The notes below the pieces were generated by a model, which worked only from the letters and a program-made list of their open reading frames with translations, was not told the DNA's origin and ran no database searches. From an uncultured Gammaproteobacteria bacterium (GTDB lineage Bacteria; Patescibacteriota; Microgenomatia; UBA1406), in contig CAYPVH010000004.1 of assembly GCA_964414145.1 (NCBI GenBank), positions 10,849-74,848 of the forward strand: 64,000 bases of DNA, read 5' to 3'. Of this stretch, positions 18,657-26,815 are shown in pieces. The position numbers and the translations under genes are program-made. Position 1 is the stretch's first letter. Every line of letters starts with the position of its first letter.

Positions 18657-19229
18657 TTATTTATTCCCCCACTGACGGCTGGGGAGTTTGAATAGGTTTT
18701 CACGGAAAGAAAGCTTTTTAACATGCAAAAACCATTCCTGGAGTAATTTTAAAATAATGGCTATTGCTACAAATATGTAAAGATATGTTCCTTGAATAGC
18801 AAAACCGAGAAAATTTACGTAAGAACCCAAAACAAGAAGAATAAAGATGTTTTCGAATAGATTGGGGAAAAGAAATAAGTAAAGGCGGTTTTGGGTATAG
18901 GCAAAAAAAATTGTACCAACGGTACGAAGAAGAAAGAGTGACAAAAATATTAAGAACAGATGGGGAAAATTAATAGTAACAAAGACTAATATTAGGGTGT
19001 ACCAAAAATAGTCTATGGCCTTGTCTACCAGTTCGTATGTATTTTGGCTAAAAGTTTGATTACAGGCAAAATCGGCGTCGAAAGTATCTAGGAAAACAGA
19101 AAAAAATGTTGCTAAGAGCGGATTGGTAAAGACCAGAACAGCAAATATAATTCTGGCTAAAAGAACTAAAAAATAAAAACAATAATGAAACAAGTGCTTA
19201 CTGTTTAGAATTTTATAAAGTAAGTACAT
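18657..19229 (-). CDS. hypothetical integral membrane protein
   Basis: 190 aa with 5-6 hydrophobic spans and no recognisable motif. The C-terminal codons run into repeat tract A, so the 3' end is uncertain. Confidence 0.4.
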   Translation of the reverse strand: MYLLYKILNSKHLFHYCFYFLVLLARIIFAVLVFTNPLLATFFSVFLDTFDADFACNQTFSQNTYELVDKAIDYFWYTLILVFVTINFPHLFLIFLSLFLLRTVGTIFFAYTQNRLYLFLFPNLFENIFILLVLGSYVNFLGFAIQGTYLYIFVAIAIILKLLQEWFLHVKKLSFRENLFKLPSRQWGNK

Positions 19230-19346
19230 ATACTAATTACGTTATAAATTAATTATGTAGTTGTCAAAGGATATGTGCAATTACTGTATAGTTGTAATAA
19301 GCCCAAGATAGATATATAATTATATTTTCTGATAAATTGTATTAAT

Positions 19347-20786
19347 ATGACAAATAAATTTACCAAAATTACAGCTACAATTGGCCCTTCATCGGACAGC
19401 TTGGAAACAATTGAAAAATTGATATTGGCCGGCGTGAATATATTCCGATTTAACTTTAAACATAATACTTTAGTTTGGCACGAAGAGCGCATAAAACGAG
19501 TTAATGAAGTGGCTAAAAAACTTAACGTGTCTATTGGTACGTTAATCGACCTTCAAGGGCCGGAAATACGGCTTAAGATGGCCGGGGACGAAATAGAGGT
19601 TGACAGAGGGGACGAATTACTTTTAAGTGAAGAAGCGTTAGTTGGTCAGGAACAAAAAGCCATTTCTATTTCCCACCCGAGCATTATAAAGCATTTGGAA
19701 AACGATCAGTTAATACTTGCCGACGACGGTCGATTTGCTTTTACATTGAAGGAAATAAGTGGAAAAAAATATTTGGTAAGCCAAAACAAAGGCAAACTAA
19801 AAAACAATAAATCATTAAATATTCCCGGCGCTCAATTCCCTTTTCCGGTATTAATAGAAAAAGATTTTGATGGTTTAAAGTTGGCGGCAAAGGGTGAAAT
19901 TGATTTTGTTGCCCTTTCTTTTGTAAGAAGCGCCAGCGACATTGAAACCCTTCGTGAAGAGATGGATTTGCTTAAAATCAAAGCCAAAATTATTGCCAAA
20001 ATAGAGACTAAAATGGCAATCGACAACTTGGGCCCAATAATTAGGGCTACAGACGGCGTGATGGTAGCCAGAGGTGACCTGGGCGTTGAAATACCAATGG
20101 AACAAGTACCTTACTACCAAAAATTAATAATTAAAAAGTGTGTTGAAAGAGGTATACCGGTTATAACGGCTACTCAGATGATTGAGTCTATGATTGTAAA
20201 CCCATTTCCCACACGGGCCGAAGTTTCGGATGTAGCCAATTCTGTATATGACTATACAGATGCGGTAATGCTTTCTGCTGAATCGGCTACCGGTTTGTAC
20301 CCAGAAAAAACAGTAAAAATTATGGCCAGAACGGTGGCTTTTAACGAATCTAGGCTAACTGAAGATATGCGTAAAACCTTTACTTATAAGCAAAATGACC
20401 AAGAAGCCAGGATAGCCGATACTGCTTATAACCTTTATTTACAGTCGATGAATTCAAACGAAATGGTTTCGGGGTTTGTAATATTAACCCAAACAGGTAG
20501 AACCGCCAGGCTTGTAGCCCGCTACCGCCCTGGGGTGCCAATTTATGCTTTTTGCCCTTCAAAGGAGGTAGCAGACAGTTTAACTTTAAGTTATGGCGTA
20601 ATTCCTATTGTTCAGGAGCAGATATATAGCAAAAAGGTTGAGGTAACCAGTGATCATGTACGAGAAGTAACCAAATTTTTAAAGAGATGTGAAATGATTA
20701 CGGAAGGTGCTAATGTGATTGTACTTCATGGTGAACGTTGGACTTTAGAGGGCAAAACATCGACGGTGAAATTGATAGAGGTCTAG
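19347..20786 (+). CDS. pyk: pyruvate kinase
   Basis: TKITATIGPSS, FRFNFKHN, MVARGDLGVEIP, and MLSAESATG. Confidence 0.95.
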   Translation: MTNKFTKITATIGPSSDSLETIEKLILAGVNIFRFNFKHNTLVWHEERIKRVNEVAKKLNVSIGTLIDLQGPEIRLKMAGDEIEVDRGDELLLSEEALVGQEQKAISISHPSIIKHLENDQLILADDGRFAFTLKEISGKKYLVSQNKGKLKNNKSLNIPGAQFPFPVLIEKDFDGLKLAAKGEIDFVALSFVRSASDIETLREEMDLLKIKAKIIAKIETKMAIDNLGPIIRATDGVMVARGDLGVEIPMEQVPYYQKLIIKKCVERGIPVITATQMIESMIVNPFPTRAEVSDVANSVYDYTDAVMLSAESATGLYPEKTVKIMARTVAFNESRLTEDMRKTFTYKQNDQEARIADTAYNLYLQSMNSNEMVSGFVILTQTGRTARLVARYRPGVPIYAFCPSKEVADSLTLSYGVIPIVQEQIYSKKVEVTSDHVREVTKFLKRCEMITEGANVIVLHGERWTLEGKTSTVKLIEV

Positions 20787-20799
20787 CAATTTTTAAATT

Positions 20800-21440
20800 G
20801 CTAGAAAAAACAAATCACAAATACCAATTTCCAAACCTTCCGAATCGGAGTGCAAACAAATCACAAATACCAAAAAGCATACTTAAAAAAAATTGCTACA
20901 TTGCTAAATTGTTAAACTGCCAGAAGAAAATAACAAGATCCAAGTAACAATTTCCAAACAAGTTCCAACCAACAAAATACAAACAAAGATAAGAATATAC
21001 TTCATTATCAATAACCAATAACCAATTGACCAAGTAAATCCGAATATTGAAATCCGAAATAATATCAAATAATCAATATCAAATTATAAAAAAGTACTTA
21101 TAATTCATAATCCGTAATTCGTAATAGATAAATAGAAAAATTGTTCCATTGCTTCATTGTTCTAATTAAAGTACAAGAGTACTATAGTACAGAAGTACTT
21201 TAGTAATATCAGCTTTTTATTTATTAACTAAAAACTTTAAATTCTAAACTTTCAGTGATGGGATCCTTCTCCGCCAGATGGCGGATCAATTACCAATTGA
21301 CCAAATAATCTCGAATTATCAATGTCAAATATTAAGTTAACAATAACACTATAACACTTTTATACTACTACACTTTATTTATTCACTACTTTATCAATTT
21401 ACAAATTTACTAAGTTACCAGCTTACTAACTTACCAATTT
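20800..21440. repeat. noncoding modular low-complexity repeat tract B (family 1)
   Basis: Colinear with tract A: aaatccgaa.. module at 21036-21063, cataattc..cgtaatagataaatag at 21099-21135, and aaaaattg..cattgcttcattgttc at 21136-21163. Also carries the ccaattaccaattgaccaa module and the ccgaatcgg hairpin module (20837-20852). Confidence 0.85.
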
Positions 21441-21455
21441 AAGTTGGATTTATCG

Positions 21456-21461
21456 TATAAT
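21456..21461 (+). promoter_or_regulatory. TATAAT -10 box 6 nt upstream of the lepA ATG (candidate leaderless transcript)
   Basis: cgTATAATacctagATG. Confidence 0.35.
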
Positions 21462-21467
21462 ACCTAG

Positions 21468-23270
21468 ATGAAAGATAGCTTGATTCGCAATTTTGCCATA
21501 ATTGCCCACATTGATCATGGTAAGTCTACCCTTGCCGATAGATTAATGGAAATAACCGGTCTGGTAAAAAAGGGTGACCACGCCGAACAATTACTAGATA
21601 CCAACCCTATTTCACGTGAGCGAGGTATAACGATTAAACTGGCACCAGTAACTATGAAATACAAATTATCAAATCCGAATATCGAAATCCGAAACAACAA
21701 AAAATCGGAAATCCATAATTCGCAATCCGTAATTCGTAATCAAGATTCAGAATACATTCTGAATCTTGTTGATACTCCCGGACATGTTGATTTTTCGTAT
21801 GAGGTTGAAAGGACTTTAGCCTGTGTTGAAGGTGTAGTATTATTGGTAGACGCTACTCAAGGCATTCAGGCCCAAACAATTGCCCATGCTTATAAAGCTT
21901 TGGAAATGAATCTAAAGATAATACCGGTAATAAATAAAATTGACCGCCCCGAAGCTGAGGTAGAAAAATGTGTAGCCGAGCTTTCGGATTTTTTAGGGGT
22001 TGCAGAAAAAGAAGTTTATAAAATATCGGCAAAAACGGGCGCTGGGGTTGAAGAATTACTGAGGGGGGTAATTGAAAAAATTCCCGGGCCGTTAATAAAC
22101 CCGGACACTAACACGAAGGCGCTAATATTTGATTCGTATTACGACCCTCATAAAGGGGTTATTGCCTTTGTACGCGTATTTGATAACAAAATTGAAAAAG
22201 GTGACCAACTGGAACTATATGCTTCCAAAACCAAATTTGAATCACTAGACGTTGGCATATTTAAGCTAAACCTGGAAATTAAAAGTGAAATTGGTTCGGG
22301 GCAGATCGGCTACGTTGTGACCAATTTAAAACGAATTCATTTGGTTAGGGTTGGTGATACGATTATTAACAACAACAAAACTACTCCCCTGCCCGGTTAT
22401 AAAAAGATTAATCCGGTGGTTCATGCCCACATATTTACAACTGACGCTGCCGACTACCCAAACTTGGAAAAGTCTTTGGAAAAGCTATATTTAAACGACG
22501 CTTCACTTGAATTTGAACCAATCTATTCCCAAACATTAGGACCAGGATTAAGGGTAGGATTTTTAGGACTGCTACATGCCGACGTAGTTCGCGAAAGGTT
22601 GGAACGGGAATTTGGCCAAAGTTTGGTGTTAACCCCCTCAAGAGTAGATTTCAAGATTATTAACAATGAATACTGGGAACCATATGCCAAAGTTAATATT
22701 ATTACACCAACTACCGAGTTGAGCAATGTGTTGAAATTGTGCCAAAGTTACAGAGCGGTTTTATTGTCTACCAATAATGTTAGTTTGGGCAGTCAGGTAA
22801 TGCTTACATATGAATTCCCCATGTCGGAATTGATGAGTAATTTTTATGATAAGTTGAAAAGCGTTTCTTCCGGGTATGCTAGTTTGGATTGGGAGTACAT
22901 TGAGCACCGAAGGGTAAACGCAGAACGGTTGGAAATTATGATTAACAACGACGTTGTTGAAGAGTTTTCGGAAATAGTTGTAGCAGAACGCGCCGATACA
23001 AGGGCAAGGACCATTGTAGACAAGCTAAAAGAAATAATTCCCAGACAAATGTTTGAGGTTAGAATACAGGCCAGGTATAAAGGTAGAATTTTAGCCAGTA
23101 ACAGAGTTGCTCCTTTTAGAAAAGATGTAACGGCAAAGTTATATGGTGGTGACCGATCGCGTAAAGACAAGCTCTTGAAAAAACAAAAGAAGGGTAAAAA
23201 ATTAATGAAGCAGATTGGCAAGATAGAAATACCCAAGGAATCTTTTATAAAACTTTTCAAATCCAACTAA
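21468..23270 (+). CDS. lepA: elongation factor 4 (LepA) carrying a repeat-derived insertion in the G domain
   Basis: G1 AHIDHGKST, G2 RERGITIK, G3 DTPGHVDF, G4 NKID, and the C-terminal LepA-specific tail (KLLKKQKKGKKLMKQIGKIEIP). See findings for the insert at 21666-21745. Confidence 0.95.
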   Translation: MKDSLIRNFAIIAHIDHGKSTLADRLMEITGLVKKGDHAEQLLDTNPISRERGITIKLAPVTMKYKLSNPNIEIRNNKKSEIHNSQSVIRNQDSEYILNLVDTPGHVDFSYEVERTLACVEGVVLLVDATQGIQAQTIAHAYKALEMNLKIIPVINKIDRPEAEVEKCVAELSDFLGVAEKEVYKISAKTGAGVEELLRGVIEKIPGPLINPDTNTKALIFDSYYDPHKGVIAFVRVFDNKIEKGDQLELYASKTKFESLDVGIFKLNLEIKSEIGSGQIGYVVTNLKRIHLVRVGDTIINNNKTTPLPGYKKINPVVHAHIFTTDAADYPNLEKSLEKLYLNDASLEFEPIYSQTLGPGLRVGFLGLLHADVVRERLEREFGQSLVLTPSRVDFKIINNEYWEPYAKVNIITPTTELSNVLKLCQSYRAVLLSTNNVSLGSQVMLTYEFPMSELMSNFYDKLKSVSSGYASLDWEYIEHRRVNAERLEIMINNDVVEEFSEIVVAERADTRARTIVDKLKEIIPRQMFEVRIQARYKGRILASNRVAPFRKDVTAKLYGGDRSRKDKLLKKQKKGKKLMKQIGKIEIPKESFIKLFKSN

Positions 23271-23444
23271 AGTTTTTGTATATTTTTTGTGTATTATGCT
23301 TACGCAAAATGACTACTTTAGAAAGGTACAACAATTATTACTATTCTCAGAATAATTTAGCAATCAAAACACTAGTCTGCCATTAGCAGACTAATAAGAT
23401 GAGTGCCAAATTTTTAGATATTTGGCCAGCAACATCTTGTTCTA

Positions 23445-23453
23445 TGTTATAAT
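23445..23453 (+). promoter_or_regulatory. extended -10 (TGtTATAAT) 6 nt upstream of the murF-like ATG
   Basis: aTGtTATAATattcagATG. Confidence 0.35.
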
Positions 23454-23459
23454 ATTCAG

Positions 23460-24848
23460 ATGTTGAGTAGACTATTTAATACGCTATCAACAACTGTCTA
23501 TTTTCCAGTATGCAGATATTTTAGATTTTTTGCAAGTATTATTTTAAAGAGATGGCGGCCTAAGATAATTGTAGTTATGGGATCTGCCGGAAAGACCAGT
23601 GCTCATAGGCTCATATATAAACTTCTTGGGCAGAACGTAAGTATTCGAAAGAGCAAAAAAGCCAATAGTGCACTTGGCGTACCGCTTGATATATTGGGAA
23701 TTCATTTTACCAACTATTCAAAACGTGAATGGTTGTTAAATATTATTAAGATTCCTTTTTACTCTGTATACAGATACTTGTTTCCCTATAAAGAAAAGTA
23801 CTACCTGATTGAATTAGATGTAGACAGGCCCGGAGAGATGAAATTTGCTGCCGGGTATATAAAACCGGAAATTATATTTTGGACCAGTAGCTTTGCTACT
23901 CATACTGCTAACTTTTCAGCATTAGTTACCAAAAATAAAAAGCTTAGCGAAGAGCAAGCGGTAGCAAACGAATTTGCAAGGTTGGTTTACAAACTAAACA
24001 AAAATGGATTACTGATTTATAATGGCGACAGTAAGTATATTAAGAAGGCTATTTCCAAAATTAATAAGAAGAAGCTTGCCATTAAAGAAGATAATGGTAA
24101 ATATTCTTTTAGCGCCTGGTCTGTGTACAGAAAACGTACTGAATTTGAAATTTTAATCAATAAAAACAAGAAAAACGAAGGCCAGGTTTTTCAAGTTGTT
24201 GTGCCTTATATTGTGCCAAAGAATTTTGGCTATACTTTGGTAGCATTATATGTACTTGCCGATATCTTTAAAATAGATAGAAAAACCGTAGACACGGTTT
24301 TGGAAAATAGTAGCTTTCCGCCCGGTAGGTTAACTGTGTTTGAAGGCATAAACGACACCAAGATAATAGATTCCAGTTATAATTCAAGCTTTGAATCGGC
24401 GTATGGTTTGCTTGAGGTTTTGGCGGAATATAGTGGTAAGCGTAAAATAGCGGTAATTGGAGATATGAGAGAACTTGGGAAACAGTCGGAAGCAGAGCAC
24501 CTGAAATTGGCAAAAGCAATAGTACAATTTGGAATTGATCAAGTAATATTAGTTGGTACCGAAACTGCGGAATATATTTTTCCGGTTTTATTAAAGGCAG
24601 GTTACACCGATACTAATTTGCATCATTTTTACAACACTTACCAAGCAGGGTTGTTTTTAAAGGAAACAATACTAAAAAAGGGTGACACGGTATTAATAAA
24701 AGCTTCGCAAAATACCTTGTTCTTTGAAATAATAACAGAAATGTTGCTGGCCAATAAAGCTGACGAAGATAAACTTTGCCGCAGAGAGCCGATCTGGCAA
24801 GTTAAAAGACAGAGAATTACAGACGAATTTTATAAAAGTATTGAGTAG
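23460..24848 (+). CDS. Mur ligase family protein (MurF-like UDP-MurNAc-peptide ligase)
   Basis: P-loop VVMGSAGKTS, the central-domain DVDRPGE region, and IGDMRELG, which is typical of MurF. Confidence 0.6.
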   Translation: MLSRLFNTLSTTVYFPVCRYFRFFASIILKRWRPKIIVVMGSAGKTSAHRLIYKLLGQNVSIRKSKKANSALGVPLDILGIHFTNYSKREWLLNIIKIPFYSVYRYLFPYKEKYYLIELDVDRPGEMKFAAGYIKPEIIFWTSSFATHTANFSALVTKNKKLSEEQAVANEFARLVYKLNKNGLLIYNGDSKYIKKAISKINKKKLAIKEDNGKYSFSAWSVYRKRTEFEILINKNKKNEGQVFQVVVPYIVPKNFGYTLVALYVLADIFKIDRKTVDTVLENSSFPPGRLTVFEGINDTKIIDSSYNSSFESAYGLLEVLAEYSGKRKIAVIGDMRELGKQSEAEHLKLAKAIVQFGIDQVILVGTETAEYIFPVLLKAGYTDTNLHHFYNTYQAGLFLKETILKKGDTVLIKASQNTLFFEIITEMLLANKADEDKLCRREPIWQVKRQRITDEFYKSIE

Positions 24849-24862
24849 AATATATTAGATTA

Positions 24863-25261
24863 ATGGAAAACAAAAAAATTGTAGCTATTATTATTACTAC
24901 CTTTGCTTTTTTGTTTGCTATATTGTTTGTAGTTTATAGTTTTTCGGCAAACAAGCCTGTACGAACGTATTCACCTAAAGAGTTGCAGGATAAACTTGAG
25001 GAAAAGAAGTTTATATACTTTTACACGTCTACTTGCCCGGTTTGCAAACAGCTAACTGAGTGGCTAAGCAAAAATAATATTACTACCGAAAAATTTGGGT
25101 TTGAAAAGATTAATGTTGAAAATAATGATAATGCCGGTTTGATGTATCAGGCAGCTGCAATGTGCGAAATACCCCAGACCCAAGTAGGCGTGCCTTTTAT
25201 ATATAAGAATGGCAAGTGTTATTTGGGACTAGCTGAAGCGATGGAAGCGTTTAAGCTATGA
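24863..25261 (+). CDS. membrane-anchored thioredoxin-fold protein (CPVC active site)
   Basis: N-terminal TM helix, YFYTSTCPVCKQL, and a cis-Pro-like VGVPFIY followed by G.C. Confidence 0.6.
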   Translation: MENKKIVAIIITTFAFLFAILFVVYSFSANKPVRTYSPKELQDKLEEKKFIYFYTSTCPVCKQLTEWLSKNNITTEKFGFEKINVENNDNAGLMYQAAAMCEIPQTQVGVPFIYKNGKCYLGLAEAMEAFKL

Positions 25262-25912
25262 GTTAAGAGTTAAGAGTTAAGAGTTAGGTGATAATTAAAA
25301 GAGAGATATATTCGAAATCCGAAATAATATAAGAGTGCCAAAACCCAAAAAACAATTTCCAAACAAATCACAAACTACAAAAAACAAACAAAGATAAGAA
25401 TTTTGGAATATAGGATAATTTAAAATTAAAAATCAAAAATTAAAAATTTGAAGTAAAAAGTAACAACTAAGAATTTAAGAATATAAGACAAGAGTTAGGA
25501 GAAAAGAGTTAAGATAAGGTGAAAATAAACAGAAATCAATTTTCTACTTTCTTTTTTCTATTACTAATCTCCAATTTCTAGAAACTAATTTCTATTTATT
25601 AACTATAACACCATAATACTTTAATATCTTCACACTTTACATACTGGATTGACTAATGTATTTTGTCTAATATATCTTGTCTATTGAATAATGTATATTG
25701 TCTATTGAATAGTGTATATTGTCTATTGAATAGTGAATATTGTATATTGATTATTGTCTCTTGTATTCTGGATATTGACTAATGGATTTTGTCTACTGGA
25801 TACTGGATAATTCATACTGACTAATGTATATTGTCTAATGTATATTGTCTAATGTATATTGTCTAATGTATATTGTCTAATGTCTACTGTATATTGTATA
25901 TTGACTAATGAA
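25259..25912. repeat. noncoding repeat tract C (7-mer, 21-mer and 14-mer tandem arrays plus family-1 fragments)
   Basis: gttaaga x3-4 at 25259-25288. The 21-mer tgtctattgaata(a/g)tg(t/a)atat x3 spans 25678-25740. The 14-mer ctaatgtatattgt has 4 perfect copies plus 1 degenerate copy at 25821-25890. Family-1 fragments lie at 25310-25390. Confidence 0.9.
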
Positions 25913-25914
25913 TT

Positions 25915-26811
25915 CTACATTATCGAATAGCTGATTGTGTGGGTGGCTTTATCTGACATTTGCCTGTTATAGGCGTTAACAATGTTGCTCATTAAATAAG
26001 AAATCATAATTGGACCAGTACCGTTTATAACCGGTGTATAAAAAGCCGATTTTTCGGCAATTTCAGCCTCAACATAATCACCCATGGTTTTGCCCTCTTC
26101 TTTATGATAACCAAAATTAATAAGAGTTACCCCTTCTTTTATGTTTTGTGAAGTAATAATATTTTGACCGGTTGAAGTAATTAATATGTCGGCTTGTTTA
26201 TAAAAAACATCTGTGTCTGGGGTTTTTTTGTGCGTAATCACTAAGGCCATTTTGTGATCGACTAAAGTGTTTGCAATAGGTACGCCTGTTGTTTTTCCCC
26301 TGCCAGCCAAAACCACAAATTTTCTTTTGAATGATTTTTTAAAGAAATCTCTGTCTTTAGGAGTAACTTCCCAAGACGAACCATTTGTTGTGATGTATTT
26401 AAGTATGGAAAGAGTAGTTAAGCCAACCGGTGATTTGTAAGGAGTTTTGTATTTTTGCGCTTCCACTTCTTTGTTGAGTGGTATAAAGTTGTCTAGTGTT
26501 GGCGAAGACAGTTCTGGGGGGAGCGGCCGTTGTACAACAACGGCATGGTACTTTCTGCTATTTGCTATTTCTCTAAGATTGGTTGCAAAAACCTGAAAAA
26601 GTGGAGTTTGCGGGTAGTGAATTACTTCGAGGTCAATTCCTATTTCTTTGGCTAGTTCTTTCTTTTTCTGAATAAAAACATGGGTTAATTCATCATTACC
26701 GACGTAGAAAATAGCCGCTTTTGGTGGCGTTTCGTCTACATAATTTTCTTCTAGTCTTTTTTTAACTTTAGCTTGTATTTCTCTGGCTATTTCAAGACAA
26801 TTAATTTTCAT
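25915..26811 (-). CDS. folD: bifunctional methylene-THF dehydrogenase/methenyl-THF cyclohydrolase
   Basis: VVVQRPLP, AGRGKTTGVPIANTL, and TPVINGTGPIM. I place the start at the ATG at 26811 (MKINCLEIA), 4 nt after the gyrA stop, rather than at the listed 26838. Confidence 0.75.
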   Translation of the reverse strand: MKINCLEIAREIQAKVKKRLEENYVDETPPKAAIFYVGNDELTHVFIQKKKELAKEIGIDLEVIHYPQTPLFQVFATNLREIANSRKYHAVVVQRPLPPELSSPTLDNFIPLNKEVEAQKYKTPYKSPVGLTTLSILKYITTNGSSWEVTPKDRDFFKKSFKRKFVVLAGRGKTTGVPIANTLVDHKMALVITHKKTPDTDVFYKQADILITSTGQNIITSQNIKEGVTLINFGYHKEEGKTMGDYVEAEIAEKSAFYTPVINGTGPIMISYLMSNIVNAYNRQMSDKATHTISYSIM

Positions 26812-26815
26812 TTTT

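Noticed and set aside
18512-18724. 70-aa ORF inside repeat tract A, and similar short ORFs inside repeat tracts (for example 20738..20947 and 19253..19492)
   Set aside because: They lie in low-complexity repeat DNA or overlap better-supported genes, and they show no coding signature or RBS.
20787-20812. Hairpin ctagcaatt-ttta-aattgctag right after pyk, as a rho-independent terminator
   Set aside because: The stem is all A/T-rich and is followed by an A-run, not a T-run, on the pyk strand. It may still be structural, but it does not meet intrinsic-terminator criteria.
21666-21745. Mini-intein or programmed bypass as the explanation for the lepA insertion
   Set aside because: At ~25 aa it is far too short for an intein and lacks the Cys/Ser...His-Asn junction residues. 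The frame is continuous, so no bypass is needed.
25678-25890. Possible CRISPR array, given the regularly repeated 14-mers and 21-mers
   Set aside because: The units are directly adjacent with no unique spacers, are too short (14-21 nt), and are AT-rich low-complexity sequence. No cas genes are nearby. These are tandem repeats, not a CRISPR array.
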